A stretch of 63,730 bases of DNA, counting the filler, from Sandaracinaceae bacterium (lineage in GTDB: Bacteria; Myxococcota_A; Polyangia; Polyangiales; JADJQN01): assembly GCA_947483975.1 (NCBI GenBank). It is 3 parts of 3 records of this genome, joined end to end, with 100 filler letters (N's around TTAATTAATTAA, not from the genome) between each part and the next. Parts side by side here need not be neighbours in the genome. Positions count along the whole stretch, not along the records: positions 1 to 22,081 come from CANKOL010000043.1; positions 22,182 to 44,074 come from CANKOL010000044.1; 1 more part is not named here. One strand, given 5' to 3'. A program made the position numbers and the translations under genes. Numbering within the stretch: the first letter of the stretch is position 1; every line of letters starts with the position of its first letter. The notes beneath the pieces are model-generated. The model had not been told where the DNA came from, searched no databases, and saw nothing but the letters and a program-made list of their open reading frames with translations. Of the stretch, positions 18,441 through 26,798 are shown piece by piece.

Positions 18441-19987
18441 TGTGGAAGCCGTCGCGGGCCACGTTTCGCTTCACCCGCTTCGAGCAGCGGATCTTGTGGG
18501 CGATCGTGATCGTGGCCTTCCTGCCGCTGGTCGGGACGGTGCTCTTCGGCTTGGTCGCGATCGGCGAGGCTTACGAGGTCGGCGTCAACCGCCGCGTCGG
18601 CGCGCAACTCGACGAGGAGCTCGCGCTCTATCGCACGCACTTCATCGCGCTCCGTGAGGACGCCGAGCGCACCACGGACGCGGTCGCGTTCCGCGCGGAG
18701 CTCCGGGATGGGCTCCTCCGCGGCGACGACCACGCGCTCCGGGCGGAGCTCGAGCTGGCGCTCGCGCGCTACGACACGGTCGCCCGCGTCCGGGTACGGC
18801 GTCCGGCGCACGCGCTCCTCGAGGTGTCTCGACCGGAGCGCCTCGACCCTTCGCAGGCGCGGCTCGTCGTGCTCGCGCGGGCGCTCCCGGGGCCAGCCTC
18901 GGGCAGCTCGGTCGAGGTCACCGTCGCGGTCCCGGCTCAGCCGTTCGCCGACTTTCAGCGCGCGGGCGAGACGGTCGAGGTGTTCTCGAGGCTCGAGGCG
19001 AGCAAGGGCTACGTCTCGCGGACGTATCTCGGGGTGTACGTCGCCTTCGTCGTCACGCTGACGCTGCTGACGCTGGTCGTCGCGAGCACGATCGCCCGGC
19101 GCGTCACCCGGCGCGTCGGGATGATCGCGGACGCCACCAAGCGTGTCGGAGCGGGGGACCTCAGCGTCGAGCTCGTCGTCGAGGGACAGGACGAGGTCGG
19201 CGAGCTGACGCGCGCGTTCAACCAGATGGTCCGCGACATGCGCGGCTCGCGGGACCGTATCGAGTACCTCCAGCGAATCGGCGCATGGCAGGACTTCGCG
19301 CGGCGCCTCGCGCATGAGATCAAGAACCCGCTGACGCCGATCCAGCTCGCGGTGCAGGAGGCTCACGAACGATACGAAGGCGCGGACGCCGGCTACCGTC
19401 GGACGCTCGAGGAGGCGCGCGCGATCGTCGAGGAGGAGGTCGCGACCCTGCGCCGGCTCGTCTCGGAGTTCTCGGCGTTCGCGAAGCTGCCGGAGGCGCG
19501 CCTCGAGGAGGCGGACCTCTCGGACTTCGTCCTCGACGCGGGGCGCTCGCTCGCGGCGGTCGGCGAGGAGCTGCAGGCCGGCGACGATGGCGCGCGCATC
19601 TCCGTGACGACCGAGACGCAGGGCGTCCCGCTGCCGGTGCGCATCGACGCGATGATGCTCAAGCGCTGCGTCGACAATCTCGTCCGGAACGCCGTGCAGG
19701 CGCTCCTCGCCCGCGGCCCCGGGCAGGACGGGCGGGTCATCATCGCGGCACGCCGCGAGGGTGCGCAGGCGGTGCTCGAGGTGCGCGATGACGGGCCCGG
19801 CGTGCCCGAGGCTGACCGCGCGAGGGTGTTCGACCCCTACTTCACGACCAAGGCGGACGGCACCGGGCTTGGCCTCGCGATCGCCAAGAAGGTCGTCCTC
19901 GAGCACGACGGCGAGATCTCCTGCGAGACCGCGCCGGAGGGCGGCGCCGCGTTTCGGATGCGGCTCCCGCTCGGGCGGTCGGAGTGA
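18440..19987 (+). CDS. NtrY-like sensor histidine kinase (TM-HAMP-HisKA-HATPase)
   Basis: DEVGELTRAFNQM (HAMP), AWQDFARRLAHEIKNPLTPIQL, DDGPG, FDPYFTTK, GTGLGLAI. Confidence 0.93.
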   Translation: MWKPSRATFRFTRFEQRILWAIVIVAFLPLVGTVLFGLVAIGEAYEVGVNRRVGAQLDEELALYRTHFIALREDAERTTDAVAFRAELRDGLLRGDDHALRAELELALARYDTVARVRVRRPAHALLEVSRPERLDPSQARLVVLARALPGPASGSSVEVTVAVPAQPFADFQRAGETVEVFSRLEASKGYVSRTYLGVYVAFVVTLTLLTLVVASTIARRVTRRVGMIADATKRVGAGDLSVELVVEGQDEVGELTRAFNQMVRDMRGSRDRIEYLQRIGAWQDFARRLAHEIKNPLTPIQLAVQEAHERYEGADAGYRRTLEEARAIVEEEVATLRRLVSEFSAFAKLPEARLEEADLSDFVLDAGRSLAAVGEELQAGDDGARISVTTETQGVPLPVRIDAMMLKRCVDNLVRNAVQALLARGPGQDGRVIIAARREGAQAVLEVRDDGPGVPEADRARVFDPYFTTKADGTGLGLAIAKKVVLEHDGEISCETAPEGGAAFRMRLPLGRSE

Positions 19988-20538
19988 GCGCGCGGGGGGG
20001 CCGCGTCCGGCAGGTGCTCTCCTGGCTCAGCGTCGCGGCGCTGGCGCTTGGCGTCGGCTGGGTGTGGACCGCGCTCGTCGTCCGTCGGCATCCGCTCGAG
20101 GGGCACGCCGCGCCGGACTTCGCTCTGCGGATCGTCGCGGGGGATGGCGCTGACGAGGGCGACCTGGCGCACCTCGCGCGGCTGCGCGGCCGCGTCGTCG
20201 TGCTCGACTTCTGGGCGACCTGGTGTGGCCCGTGCCGCGCGTCGCTCCCGGTGCTCTCACGGCTCAGCGAGCGCTTCGCGAGCCGTGGCGTCGCGTTCCT
20301 CGGCGTCGATGTCGGCGACCCCGATCTGCCCGACGCCGCGCTCCGTCTCGCGCACGCGCGCCTCGGCAGTCGGTTCCCTTCCGTCGCGGATCGGACGACC
20401 GAGGTCCAGGCTGCCTATCAGGTCGACACGCTGCCGACCCTCGTGCTCGTCGACCGCGCCGGCGTGGTCCGTTCCGTCGAGATCGGTGTGCCGGACGAGG
20501 AGGCGCTGGCCCGCGAACTCCGGGCCCTCCTCGAGTGA
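19984..20538 (+). CDS. TlpA/ResA family thiol-disulfide oxidoreductase
   Basis: N-terminal TM helix, DFWATWCGPC, TLPT cis-Pro loop. Confidence 0.93.
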   Translation: MSARGGRVRQVLSWLSVAALALGVGWVWTALVVRRHPLEGHAAPDFALRIVAGDGADEGDLAHLARLRGRVVVLDFWATWCGPCRASLPVLSRLSERFASRGVAFLGVDVGDPDLPDAALRLAHARLGSRFPSVADRTTEVQAAYQVDTLPTLVLVDRAGVVRSVEIGVPDEEALARELRALLE

Positions 20539-20565
20539 GCCGAGCCCCCCGCCCGGTGGCCGAGC

Positions 20566-20594
20566 TTGACATTTTCGCAGTAGTGGCGCATGGT
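20566..20594 (+). promoter_or_regulatory. Putative sigma70 promoter for the Fic gene
   Basis: Perfect TTGACA, 17-nt spacer, weak -10 CATGGT. Confidence 0.5.
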
Positions 20595-20670
20595 TCCGGG
20601 TCGTCGGCACACCGCCAACGGCAATGGGGACAGCCCCGTTGATACGGGCAGCTGGGGCGGAGGTCGGTAC

Positions 20671-21441
20671 GTGCACTCACCGCGCGCGGGCAGCATCGAA
20701 GAGAAGGTCGCTCACCTGGACGAGCTCCTCGCCGATGTCGACGAGGTGGATGTCCACGATTTCCAACAGCGCTTCGATATGTCGTGGATTTATCACGACA
20801 GCGCGCTCGAGGGAGTCGTCTATGGCTTCCCCGACCTGAACGCGGCGCTCGACGCCAAGGTCGTGTCGGATAGCTCGCTGCTGCCGGCGTACGACGAGAT
20901 CCGTCAGCACAAGGCCGCGATCGATCTCGTGCGCGAGCTCGGCGAGAAGAAGCGGCTGCCGCTCGACCTCGACGCCGTCCGCAAGATCTATGGAGCGCTC
21001 GCGCCCGACGAGGTCGAGCAGAGCAAGGGCAAGGTCCAGTACCGCAAGGACATGCCCGTGCACCGCGTCTACTTCCACGACATCGCGGCGGTGGACAAGA
21101 TCGCCCCCGGGATGATCGCGCTCTTCAAGTGGATCGAGGAAGAGAAGAAGGCCAAGACGCACCCCGTGCGCCTCGCGGCCAAGGCTCACCACAAGATCCT
21201 CTCGATCTCGCCGTTCCCGAAGCACAGCGGCAAGGTCGCTCGGCTCTTCATGAACCTGATGCTGCTGCGTCAGGGCTATCCGCCCGCCGTGATTCACGCG
21301 ACCGAGCGGCAGCGCTACTACGAGGCGCTGAAGTCGAACCCGAACGCCGTCGCGACGCTCGTCCACGAGGCGCTCGTCAGCTCCGTCGAGAGCTCGATCC
21401 GGCACTTCGAAGACCTGAACGCGGCGCGCGCGAGCGCCTGA
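20671..21441 (+). CDS. Fic/Fido domain protein with degenerate active-site motif
   Basis: YHDSALEG, YRK, HPVRLAAKAH, SPFPKHSGKVARL, GYPPAVI..RQRYYEAL; GTG 20671 preceded by GGAGG (longer ORF starts 20590). Confidence 0.85.
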   Translation: MHSPRAGSIEEKVAHLDELLADVDEVDVHDFQQRFDMSWIYHDSALEGVVYGFPDLNAALDAKVVSDSSLLPAYDEIRQHKAAIDLVRELGEKKRLPLDLDAVRKIYGALAPDEVEQSKGKVQYRKDMPVHRVYFHDIAAVDKIAPGMIALFKWIEEEKKAKTHPVRLAAKAHHKILSISPFPKHSGKVARLFMNLMLLRQGYPPAVIHATERQRYYEALKSNPNAVATLVHEALVSSVESSIRHFEDLNAARASA

Positions 21442-21512
21442 GCGCCTCGGCTGCTGAGCGGCAGCGCTGCTGAGACGCCGGGCGACTCAGCGGCGATACT
21501 CTCCTTGCGGCG

Positions 21513-22079
21513 TCAGGGCTCGGTCGATGGGCCTGTGGGAACGTCGCCGCCGGGCAGCACGTCGAGCAGCTCGCGGCCGACGCGGTCACCGAGCAGCGCG
21601 ATGCGCTCTCCGCGCTCGAGATCGAGCACGACGAGCGTGCGCCCTCCGGGACCGGCGAGCTCGATGTATCGAGCGCGGCACCCCGTCGAGGGGACGTCGC
21701 TGCCCTCGCTTCGGACGCGCGCTTGCCCGCGCCGTCGGAGCGTCAGGCGCTGTCCGCCGAGGGGGAGCGACTCGGGGACGACGCCGGCGGGCACCTCGCT
21801 CGTCGGATCGCAGAGCGCGAGGTCGTTGGCGTCGGCGTCGAGCTGCAGCAGCCAGCTCGAGCGCGTACTGCCCGGCGTGCGGAAGGCGCGCAGGACGAAG
21901 CCGTCCTCCTCGAGGTGCAGCGCGCCCGCGAGCCAGAGCTCCGTGTCGGCGTAGAGCACGACGTCGGCGAGGCGCAGCCCGCGAGGCTCGCGCGTCGCCT
22001 CTCGCAGAGCGGTGCGCTTGGCCGCCGCGCGCGCCTTGGTCGCTGCGCGGCGGCGCGCCTGTCGAGCCGCGACGGCGGC
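21513..22079 (-). CDS. Hypothetical protein, possibly DUF4178-like, 5'-truncated by the contig end
   Basis: Frame is open to the gap (..EPRGLRLADVVLYADTELWL..); family guess is weak. Confidence 0.5.
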   Translation of the reverse strand, partial: AAVAARQARRRAATKARAAAKRTALREATREPRGLRLADVVLYADTELWLAGALHLEEDGFVLRAFRTPGSTRSSWLLQLDADANDLALCDPTSEVPAGVVPESLPLGGQRLTLRRRGQARVRSEGSDVPSTGCRARYIELAGPGGRTLVVLDLERGERIALLGDRVGRELLDVLPGGDVPTGPSTEP

Positions 22080-22081
22080 GA

Positions 22082-22181
22082 NNNNNNNNNNNNNNNNNNN
22101 NNNNNNNNNNNNNNNNNNNNNNNNNTTAATTAATTAANNNNNNNNNNNNNNNNNNNNNNNNNNNNNNNNNNNNNNNNNNNN
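22082..22181. other. Artificial contig linker
   Basis: N44-TTAATTAATTAA-N44, stop codons in all six frames. Confidence 0.99.
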
Positions 22182-22320
22182 CAGGATCTCTCCCGGACAC
22201 CTGGGGCCTGCTACTCGGCGCTCCGACGCTTACCGAGGCGGGATTTGCACCCGCTGGAAAGACGCAGCGTGATCGCGCTCCTCCGCCCGGAGGCTTCGGG
22301 TTGCTTTCGTCACGACGCAC
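22182..22320 (-). mobile_element. 5' end (domain I) of a group II intron, truncated by the contig end
   Basis: Minus strand begins GTGCGTCGTGACGAAAG (GUGYG 5' consensus) and includes the GCGGGTGCAAATCCCGC hairpin typical of domain I; a contig break here fits a multicopy element. Confidence 0.75.
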
Positions 22321-22363
22321 CATGGGCGCCAGGATAAGCTAGCCCGTCAGGCGACGCACCCGC

Positions 22364-24232
22364 TCATGCCGCGCCGTACATCGCCTCGCGCACCGCGTTC
22401 GCAAGCTCCTTCGGGCGATACGGCTTCTGCAGGAGCGTGTCGTTCCGAACGGCGGAGCCCTCGGCGAAGTGCTCGGCCGTGTAGCCCGACACGAAGAGCG
22501 CCTTGAGCTCCGGCCAGCGCTTCCGCAGGAGCGCGACGACCGCGGGCCCGTCGAGGTCGGGCATCACGACGTCCGACACCACGAGGTCGATGCTCTCGCG
22601 CGCAGCAGCCAGCGACAGGGCTGTCGCGCCGTCCTGGGCGACGAGCACGTGGTAGCCGTAGCTCTCGAGGATGCGCACCGTCGCGCGCCGCACGCCGGGC
22701 TCGTCCTCGACGACGAGGATCGTCTCCTTCGCCTGCGAGAGGCGCGGCGGGATCGACGACACGGGCGCAGCGGCAGACCGCGCGGGCTGCGCGACGCGCG
22801 GCAGCCAGACCTCGAAGGTGCTCCCCGCGCCCGGCGCCGACGCGACCTCGATGACGCCTCCGTGCTGCGTGACGATCCCGTGGGCGACCGCGAGGCCGAG
22901 GCCCGTCCCTTGCCCGACGGGCTTGGTCGTGAAGAACGGGTCGAAGACGGCCGCCTTCGTGCGCTCGTCCATGCCCGTGCCGGTATCGCTGACGAGGACG
23001 CGCACATAGGCGCCAGCCTCGACGCCGCGCGCCCGCGCCTCCTCGGCCGTCAGCGCGCCGTCGAGGACCGCCAAGCGGAGCGTGCCGCCGTTGGGCATCG
23101 CGTCGCAGGCGTTGATCGCGAGGTTGAGCAGGACCTGCTCGATCTGCCCGCGGTCGACCAGGACCGTCGAGTCGCGCCAGTTCGCGTCCATCACGACGCG
23201 GACCTTCTCGCCCGCGACCCGCGCGAGCATCCGGTCGAGCCCGCGTGTGATCTCCGCCGCGTCGACGGGCGCTCGCTCGAGCGTCTGCTTACGCCCAAAG
23301 GCGAGCAGGCCGCGCGTCAGCGCCGCCGCGCGGTCCGCGGCGTCGGACGCGTCGCGCAAGGCGTCGTCGGCGGCGGGGTCGTGCGTGAGGCGCTGGCTCG
23401 CGACCTCCAAGCTCGCGCGCAGCACCGTCAACAAGTTATTGAAATCATGTGCAATACCGCCCGCGAGGCGGCCGACCGCCTCCATCTTCTGCGCCTGCCG
23501 GAGCTGGTCGCCGAGGCCCGCGCTCGCGGCCTCCGCGCGGCGGCGCTCGGCCAGCTCAATCTGCAGCTCCGCGGTGCGCTCCTCGACCTTGCGGTCGAGG
23601 TCTCGGCGCGCGACGCCGGCCTCCGAGAGCGCTGCCTCGAGCACTTGCTCGCGCGCGCGGTCGGCGACGCGTAGCTCCGCGAGGCGCAGATTCGTCCGCG
23701 TCCGCGCGTGGTGGAGGACGATGGCCACGGCGCAGCTGACCGTCACCACAAACACATGGTGCGAGTAGACGAGCGGCTCGGGCCAGGCGACCAGCATCAC
23801 CGCCCAGCCGAGCACGATGGCCCCGACGGTCGCGAACGCCAGCCGCGTCGCGAGGATCACGTTGCCGGCGACGATCACGGCGAAGCCCATGTACACGCTG
23901 ACGAACGCGTCGTGCTGCAGGACGGCGGAGAGCATCACCGAGACGGCGCTCCCGACGAGCAGCAGCAAGCCACCGACGCCCAGCGCTCGGGAGCCGAGCC
24001 AGCGCCGCCGGTGTCCGAGCCAGACCGCGGCCGCGCCCACCGCCATCAGGACGTCGGAGGCGAGGATCGGCGCGCGAATCGCCGGGTCCAGCACGAGCAG
24101 GTTGTAGAGGAAGAACGACGTGAAGAGCAGAGCGATCGCGGCCGTGCCGCTGGGGAGCGCGTCGAGCGAGATCAGCTCGAGCTCTCTCGCGGCACCCGCG
24201 GGCGGCGCGCTCTTGATGCTCCCGGTGTCCAT
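22364..24232 (-). CDS. Hybrid sensor histidine kinase/receiver with multi-TM input domain
   Basis: QAQKMEAVGRLAGGIAHDFNNLL, NACDAM, DTGTGM, PFFTTK, GTGLGL; receiver VVEDE..SDVVMP..KPY. Confidence 0.95.
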   Translation of the reverse strand: MDTGSIKSAPPAGAARELELISLDALPSGTAAIALLFTSFFLYNLLVLDPAIRAPILASDVLMAVGAAAVWLGHRRRWLGSRALGVGGLLLLVGSAVSVMLSAVLQHDAFVSVYMGFAVIVAGNVILATRLAFATVGAIVLGWAVMLVAWPEPLVYSHHVFVVTVSCAVAIVLHHARTRTNLRLAELRVADRAREQVLEAALSEAGVARRDLDRKVEERTAELQIELAERRRAEAASAGLGDQLRQAQKMEAVGRLAGGIAHDFNNLLTVLRASLEVASQRLTHDPAADDALRDASDAADRAAALTRGLLAFGRKQTLERAPVDAAEITRGLDRMLARVAGEKVRVVMDANWRDSTVLVDRGQIEQVLLNLAINACDAMPNGGTLRLAVLDGALTAEEARARGVEAGAYVRVLVSDTGTGMDERTKAAVFDPFFTTKPVGQGTGLGLAVAHGIVTQHGGVIEVASAPGAGSTFEVWLPRVAQPARSAAAPVSSIPPRLSQAKETILVVEDEPGVRRATVRILESYGYHVLVAQDGATALSLAAARESIDLVVSDVVMPDLDGPAVVALLRKRWPELKALFVSGYTAEHFAEGSAVRNDTLLQKPYRPKELANAVREAMYGAA

Positions 24233-24344
24233 GGGGGGTCGTCTTGGCAGCACGCCAAGAACGGCCGACCTCGGCTGGGCTCAAGGCGGCCTCCAGCGTT
24301 TCTCGCAAGGGGACGCCGCGAGGAGCGGCGCGCGGACCGCCCGG

Positions 24345-25007
24345 TCAGGCCACGGCGACGGCGTCGGGCTGCTTCTCGGGCCGCGTCGCGTCGATGCCGG
24401 AGACCGCGAAGCACGCCGCCTCGACCCGCTCGAGCGTGGGGAACTGCGCGGTATCGCAGCCGAAACGCCGCGCCGCGTACAGCTGCGGGACGAGACAGAC
24501 GTCGGCGAGCGTCGGGGTCTGACCGACCAGGAACGTCCCGACCGTCTCCTGCGCGAGCGCCTCGAGGGCCGCGAGCCCGCGCTCGTTCCACTTCTTGGCC
24601 CAGGCGAGCTTGTCGCCGCCGAGGCGCTCGACCTCCGCGAACACGGGGAGGTTCTGGAGCGGCTGGATCCCAGCGTTGATCCCCTCGGCGAGCTGCCGGA
24701 CGCGCGCGCGCAGGTACGGGTCGGTGGGCAGCAAGCGCGGACCGCCGCGCGTCGTCTCGTCGAGGTACTCGACGATCGCGAGCGACTGCGAGAGAAAGCG
24801 CGACTCGCCGCCCTCGACGAGCTCGAGCGTAGGGACCTGCCGCATCGGGTTGAGCGCGCCGAACTCCGGGCGGTTCTGCTCGCCGCCGTCCCGGACGATG
24901 TTCACCGGGACGTACTCGTAGGCGAGCCCCTTGAGCGCGAACGCGATCCGCACGCGCCAGCTCGCGCTCGAGCGCCAGTAGTTGTGCAGGCGATACGTGG
25001 TCGTCAT
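24345..25007 (-). CDS. maiA: Maleylacetoacetate isomerase (GST zeta class)
   Basis: YWRSSASWRVRIA, NPMRQVP, SQSLAIVEYL, GIQPLQNL, PEKQPD. Confidence 0.93.
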   Translation of the reverse strand: MTTTYRLHNYWRSSASWRVRIAFALKGLAYEYVPVNIVRDGGEQNRPEFGALNPMRQVPTLELVEGGESRFLSQSLAIVEYLDETTRGGPRLLPTDPYLRARVRQLAEGINAGIQPLQNLPVFAEVERLGGDKLAWAKKWNERGLAALEALAQETVGTFLVGQTPTLADVCLVPQLYAARRFGCDTAQFPTLERVEAACFAVSGIDATRPEKQPDAVAVA

Positions 25008-25012
25008 CGGGC

Positions 25013-25657
25013 TCACTCGGAGGGTGGAGGGGGGACTGCGTTCGGGTCGGCCAAGCGGAATGACCGGAAGAGGCGCTCGCGCACGGCGTCCTCGCCCGCG
25101 GGGGCGTCGAGCGGCGCGCTGTACGCGACGGAGACGACGCGGCTCTCGGCCATCGCGAAGAGCGTGTACAGCCGACACGCGGGCTCCCCGCGCGCTGCTG
25201 CGGCGCGATCGACTGCGGAGACGGGGTGCGCGACGACGCAGGCGCGGTGCCCCTCGATCACGCGCCACTCGACGCTCTCGACGTCCTCCGCGCAGCTGGA
25301 GGCGAGGCGCTCGCCATCACGGAGGCGATCGTGCGGGTCGACGACGCCGACCGTCGCGCTGCGGCAGCCCGTCAGGTCGCGGACGACGTAATAGTCGTTG
25401 CCGAAGCCTCCCGACTGATCGGGCACCGCGGGCAGCTCGACGGAGACTCCCTCGAGGCTCGGCACGGCGAAGCGAGCCCAGCGCGCGTCGGCGCGAAACT
25501 GCGTCGCGTCGACGCTCGTGCCGTACGCGAGGCGCTCCTCACCGCCGCCGCAGCCCGCGCCTAGCGCCGCCGCCACGGCGACGAGCGCGGTGACGACGAG
25601 CGCCCCGTCGCGGAGGCGGTCGAGCGGGGCGGCTGGCTTCATGGCGAGTCCACTCAT
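25013..25657 (-). CDS. Hypothetical lipoprotein
   Basis: Hydrophobic signal ending LGAGC (lipobox-like). Confidence 0.6.
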   Translation of the reverse strand: MSGLAMKPAAPLDRLRDGALVVTALVAVAAALGAGCGGGEERLAYGTSVDATQFRADARWARFAVPSLEGVSVELPAVPDQSGGFGNDYYVVRDLTGCRSATVGVVDPHDRLRDGERLASSCAEDVESVEWRVIEGHRACVVAHPVSAVDRAAAARGEPACRLYTLFAMAESRVVSVAYSAPLDAPAGEDAVRERLFRSFRLADPNAVPPPPSE

Positions 25658-25714
25658 AGCAGGAGTCTGCGCGATGCACTCACGGTGTGCGCTCGCGCTC
25701 CGTGACCCGTGGGC

Positions 25715-26533
25715 TCAGCCGTCGCTCGCAGCCCGGGCCGCGCGCATCTGCCGATGCTGCAGGCGCTGCAGGCGCTGTCGCTCGGCGCTGAGGCGCTCGC
25801 GTCGAGCGATCAGCCGAGCCGCGCGCGAGTGACCGACGCGCGCCGCGGGATCGCCGCTCGCGTACGCCGCCTTCTCTTGAAGCTCGGCGGCGGCGACCGT
25901 CGCGTCGGGCGCCTCTCCGCGGGCGCGCGCTTCCTCGTCGGCGCGGGTCGCGACGGTGCCCAGGATCTGCCTGACGCGGCCCCGACGACCCGAGCGCGCG
26001 TAGTCGACCCAGAAGTAGCTCTCGGCGCGCACATCGAGGTGCACGAAGCCGCTGCGCGGGTAGATGCCGACGCCGACGAAGCCGAGCGTGCGCACGTACG
26101 TCGCTAACTCGGTCATCGAGACGCCGGGCACGATGAAGTCGATCGCGCGACCGTGCGTGTGCCGGCTCGTCGCGCGGCCGTCTCGATAGCCGCTGAGGAG
26201 CTCGACCTGCGTCGCGTCGAAGTGCCGCATCGTCGTGTAGACGAGGTCGAGCAGGTGCGTCGAGATCGGGTACTGGCTGTGGAAGTCGTCCTCGCGCCAC
26301 GCGAACGCCTGCCGCGCGGTCTCGAGATCCGCGGCGTCGAAGCCACCGCTCGCGGTGCTCGGCGTCAGGGTGAAGGTCGCTCCGCCGTGCGCGCGACGGA
26401 GGACGAGCGGCGCGACGGTCGGCGAGTCGGCGCGCGCGGCGGTCGGCGAGTCGGCGCGGGCGACGGAGGCTCCGAGGAGCGCTCCGGCCAGGGCGAGCGT
26501 GAGCAGGAACGGCGCGGCGGGCGCTCGCTTCAT
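25715..26533 (-). CDS. YcbK/DUF882 (peptidase M15) cell-wall peptidase
   Basis: Signal peptide; LLSGYR, SRHTHGRAIDF, GVGIYPRSGFVHLDVR; start uncertain. Confidence 0.9.
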   Translation of the reverse strand: MKRAPAAPFLLTLALAGALLGASVARADSPTAARADSPTVAPLVLRRAHGGATFTLTPSTASGGFDAADLETARQAFAWREDDFHSQYPISTHLLDLVYTTMRHFDATQVELLSGYRDGRATSRHTHGRAIDFIVPGVSMTELATYVRTLGFVGVGIYPRSGFVHLDVRAESYFWVDYARSGRRGRVRQILGTVATRADEEARARGEAPDATVAAAELQEKAAYASGDPAARVGHSRAARLIARRERLSAERQRLQRLQHRQMRAARAASDG

Positions 26534-26798
26534 GGCGCGATACTTTGCGTCTTGGGGCGGGAGCAGGCGGTACATCTTCGGGCCCTTCCAGTGCTGCGTT
26601 CGGGGTCTGTGGCGCACCCAGATCTAGGAACGAGCTAGCAGCAAATCAACCTCGGGAGCAATGCCTTGCGTGAAAGCCTCGTGATCACGGGTGGTTAGCG
26701 GACACACTTTCCGGCCTCTGCGGGCCCTCGCTCTCCCGCGGGGCGCGAAGTAGAGTGCGCGTCGCTTTTCGCCTATTTGCCCACGGAGCGCTCTGAGC

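Noticed and set aside
22082..22181. TTAATTAATTAA as a biological AT-rich element (also 44075-44174)
   Set aside because: Identical N-padded six-frame-stop linker; an assembly artefact.
22126..22323. 65-aa ORF running into the gap
   Set aside because: Better explained as structured intron RNA; its stop comes from the linker.
26680..26689. Palindrome CGTGATCACG in the ycbK/arnT divergent region
   Set aside because: A single 10-bp palindrome is expected by chance; no second copy or regulator noted.
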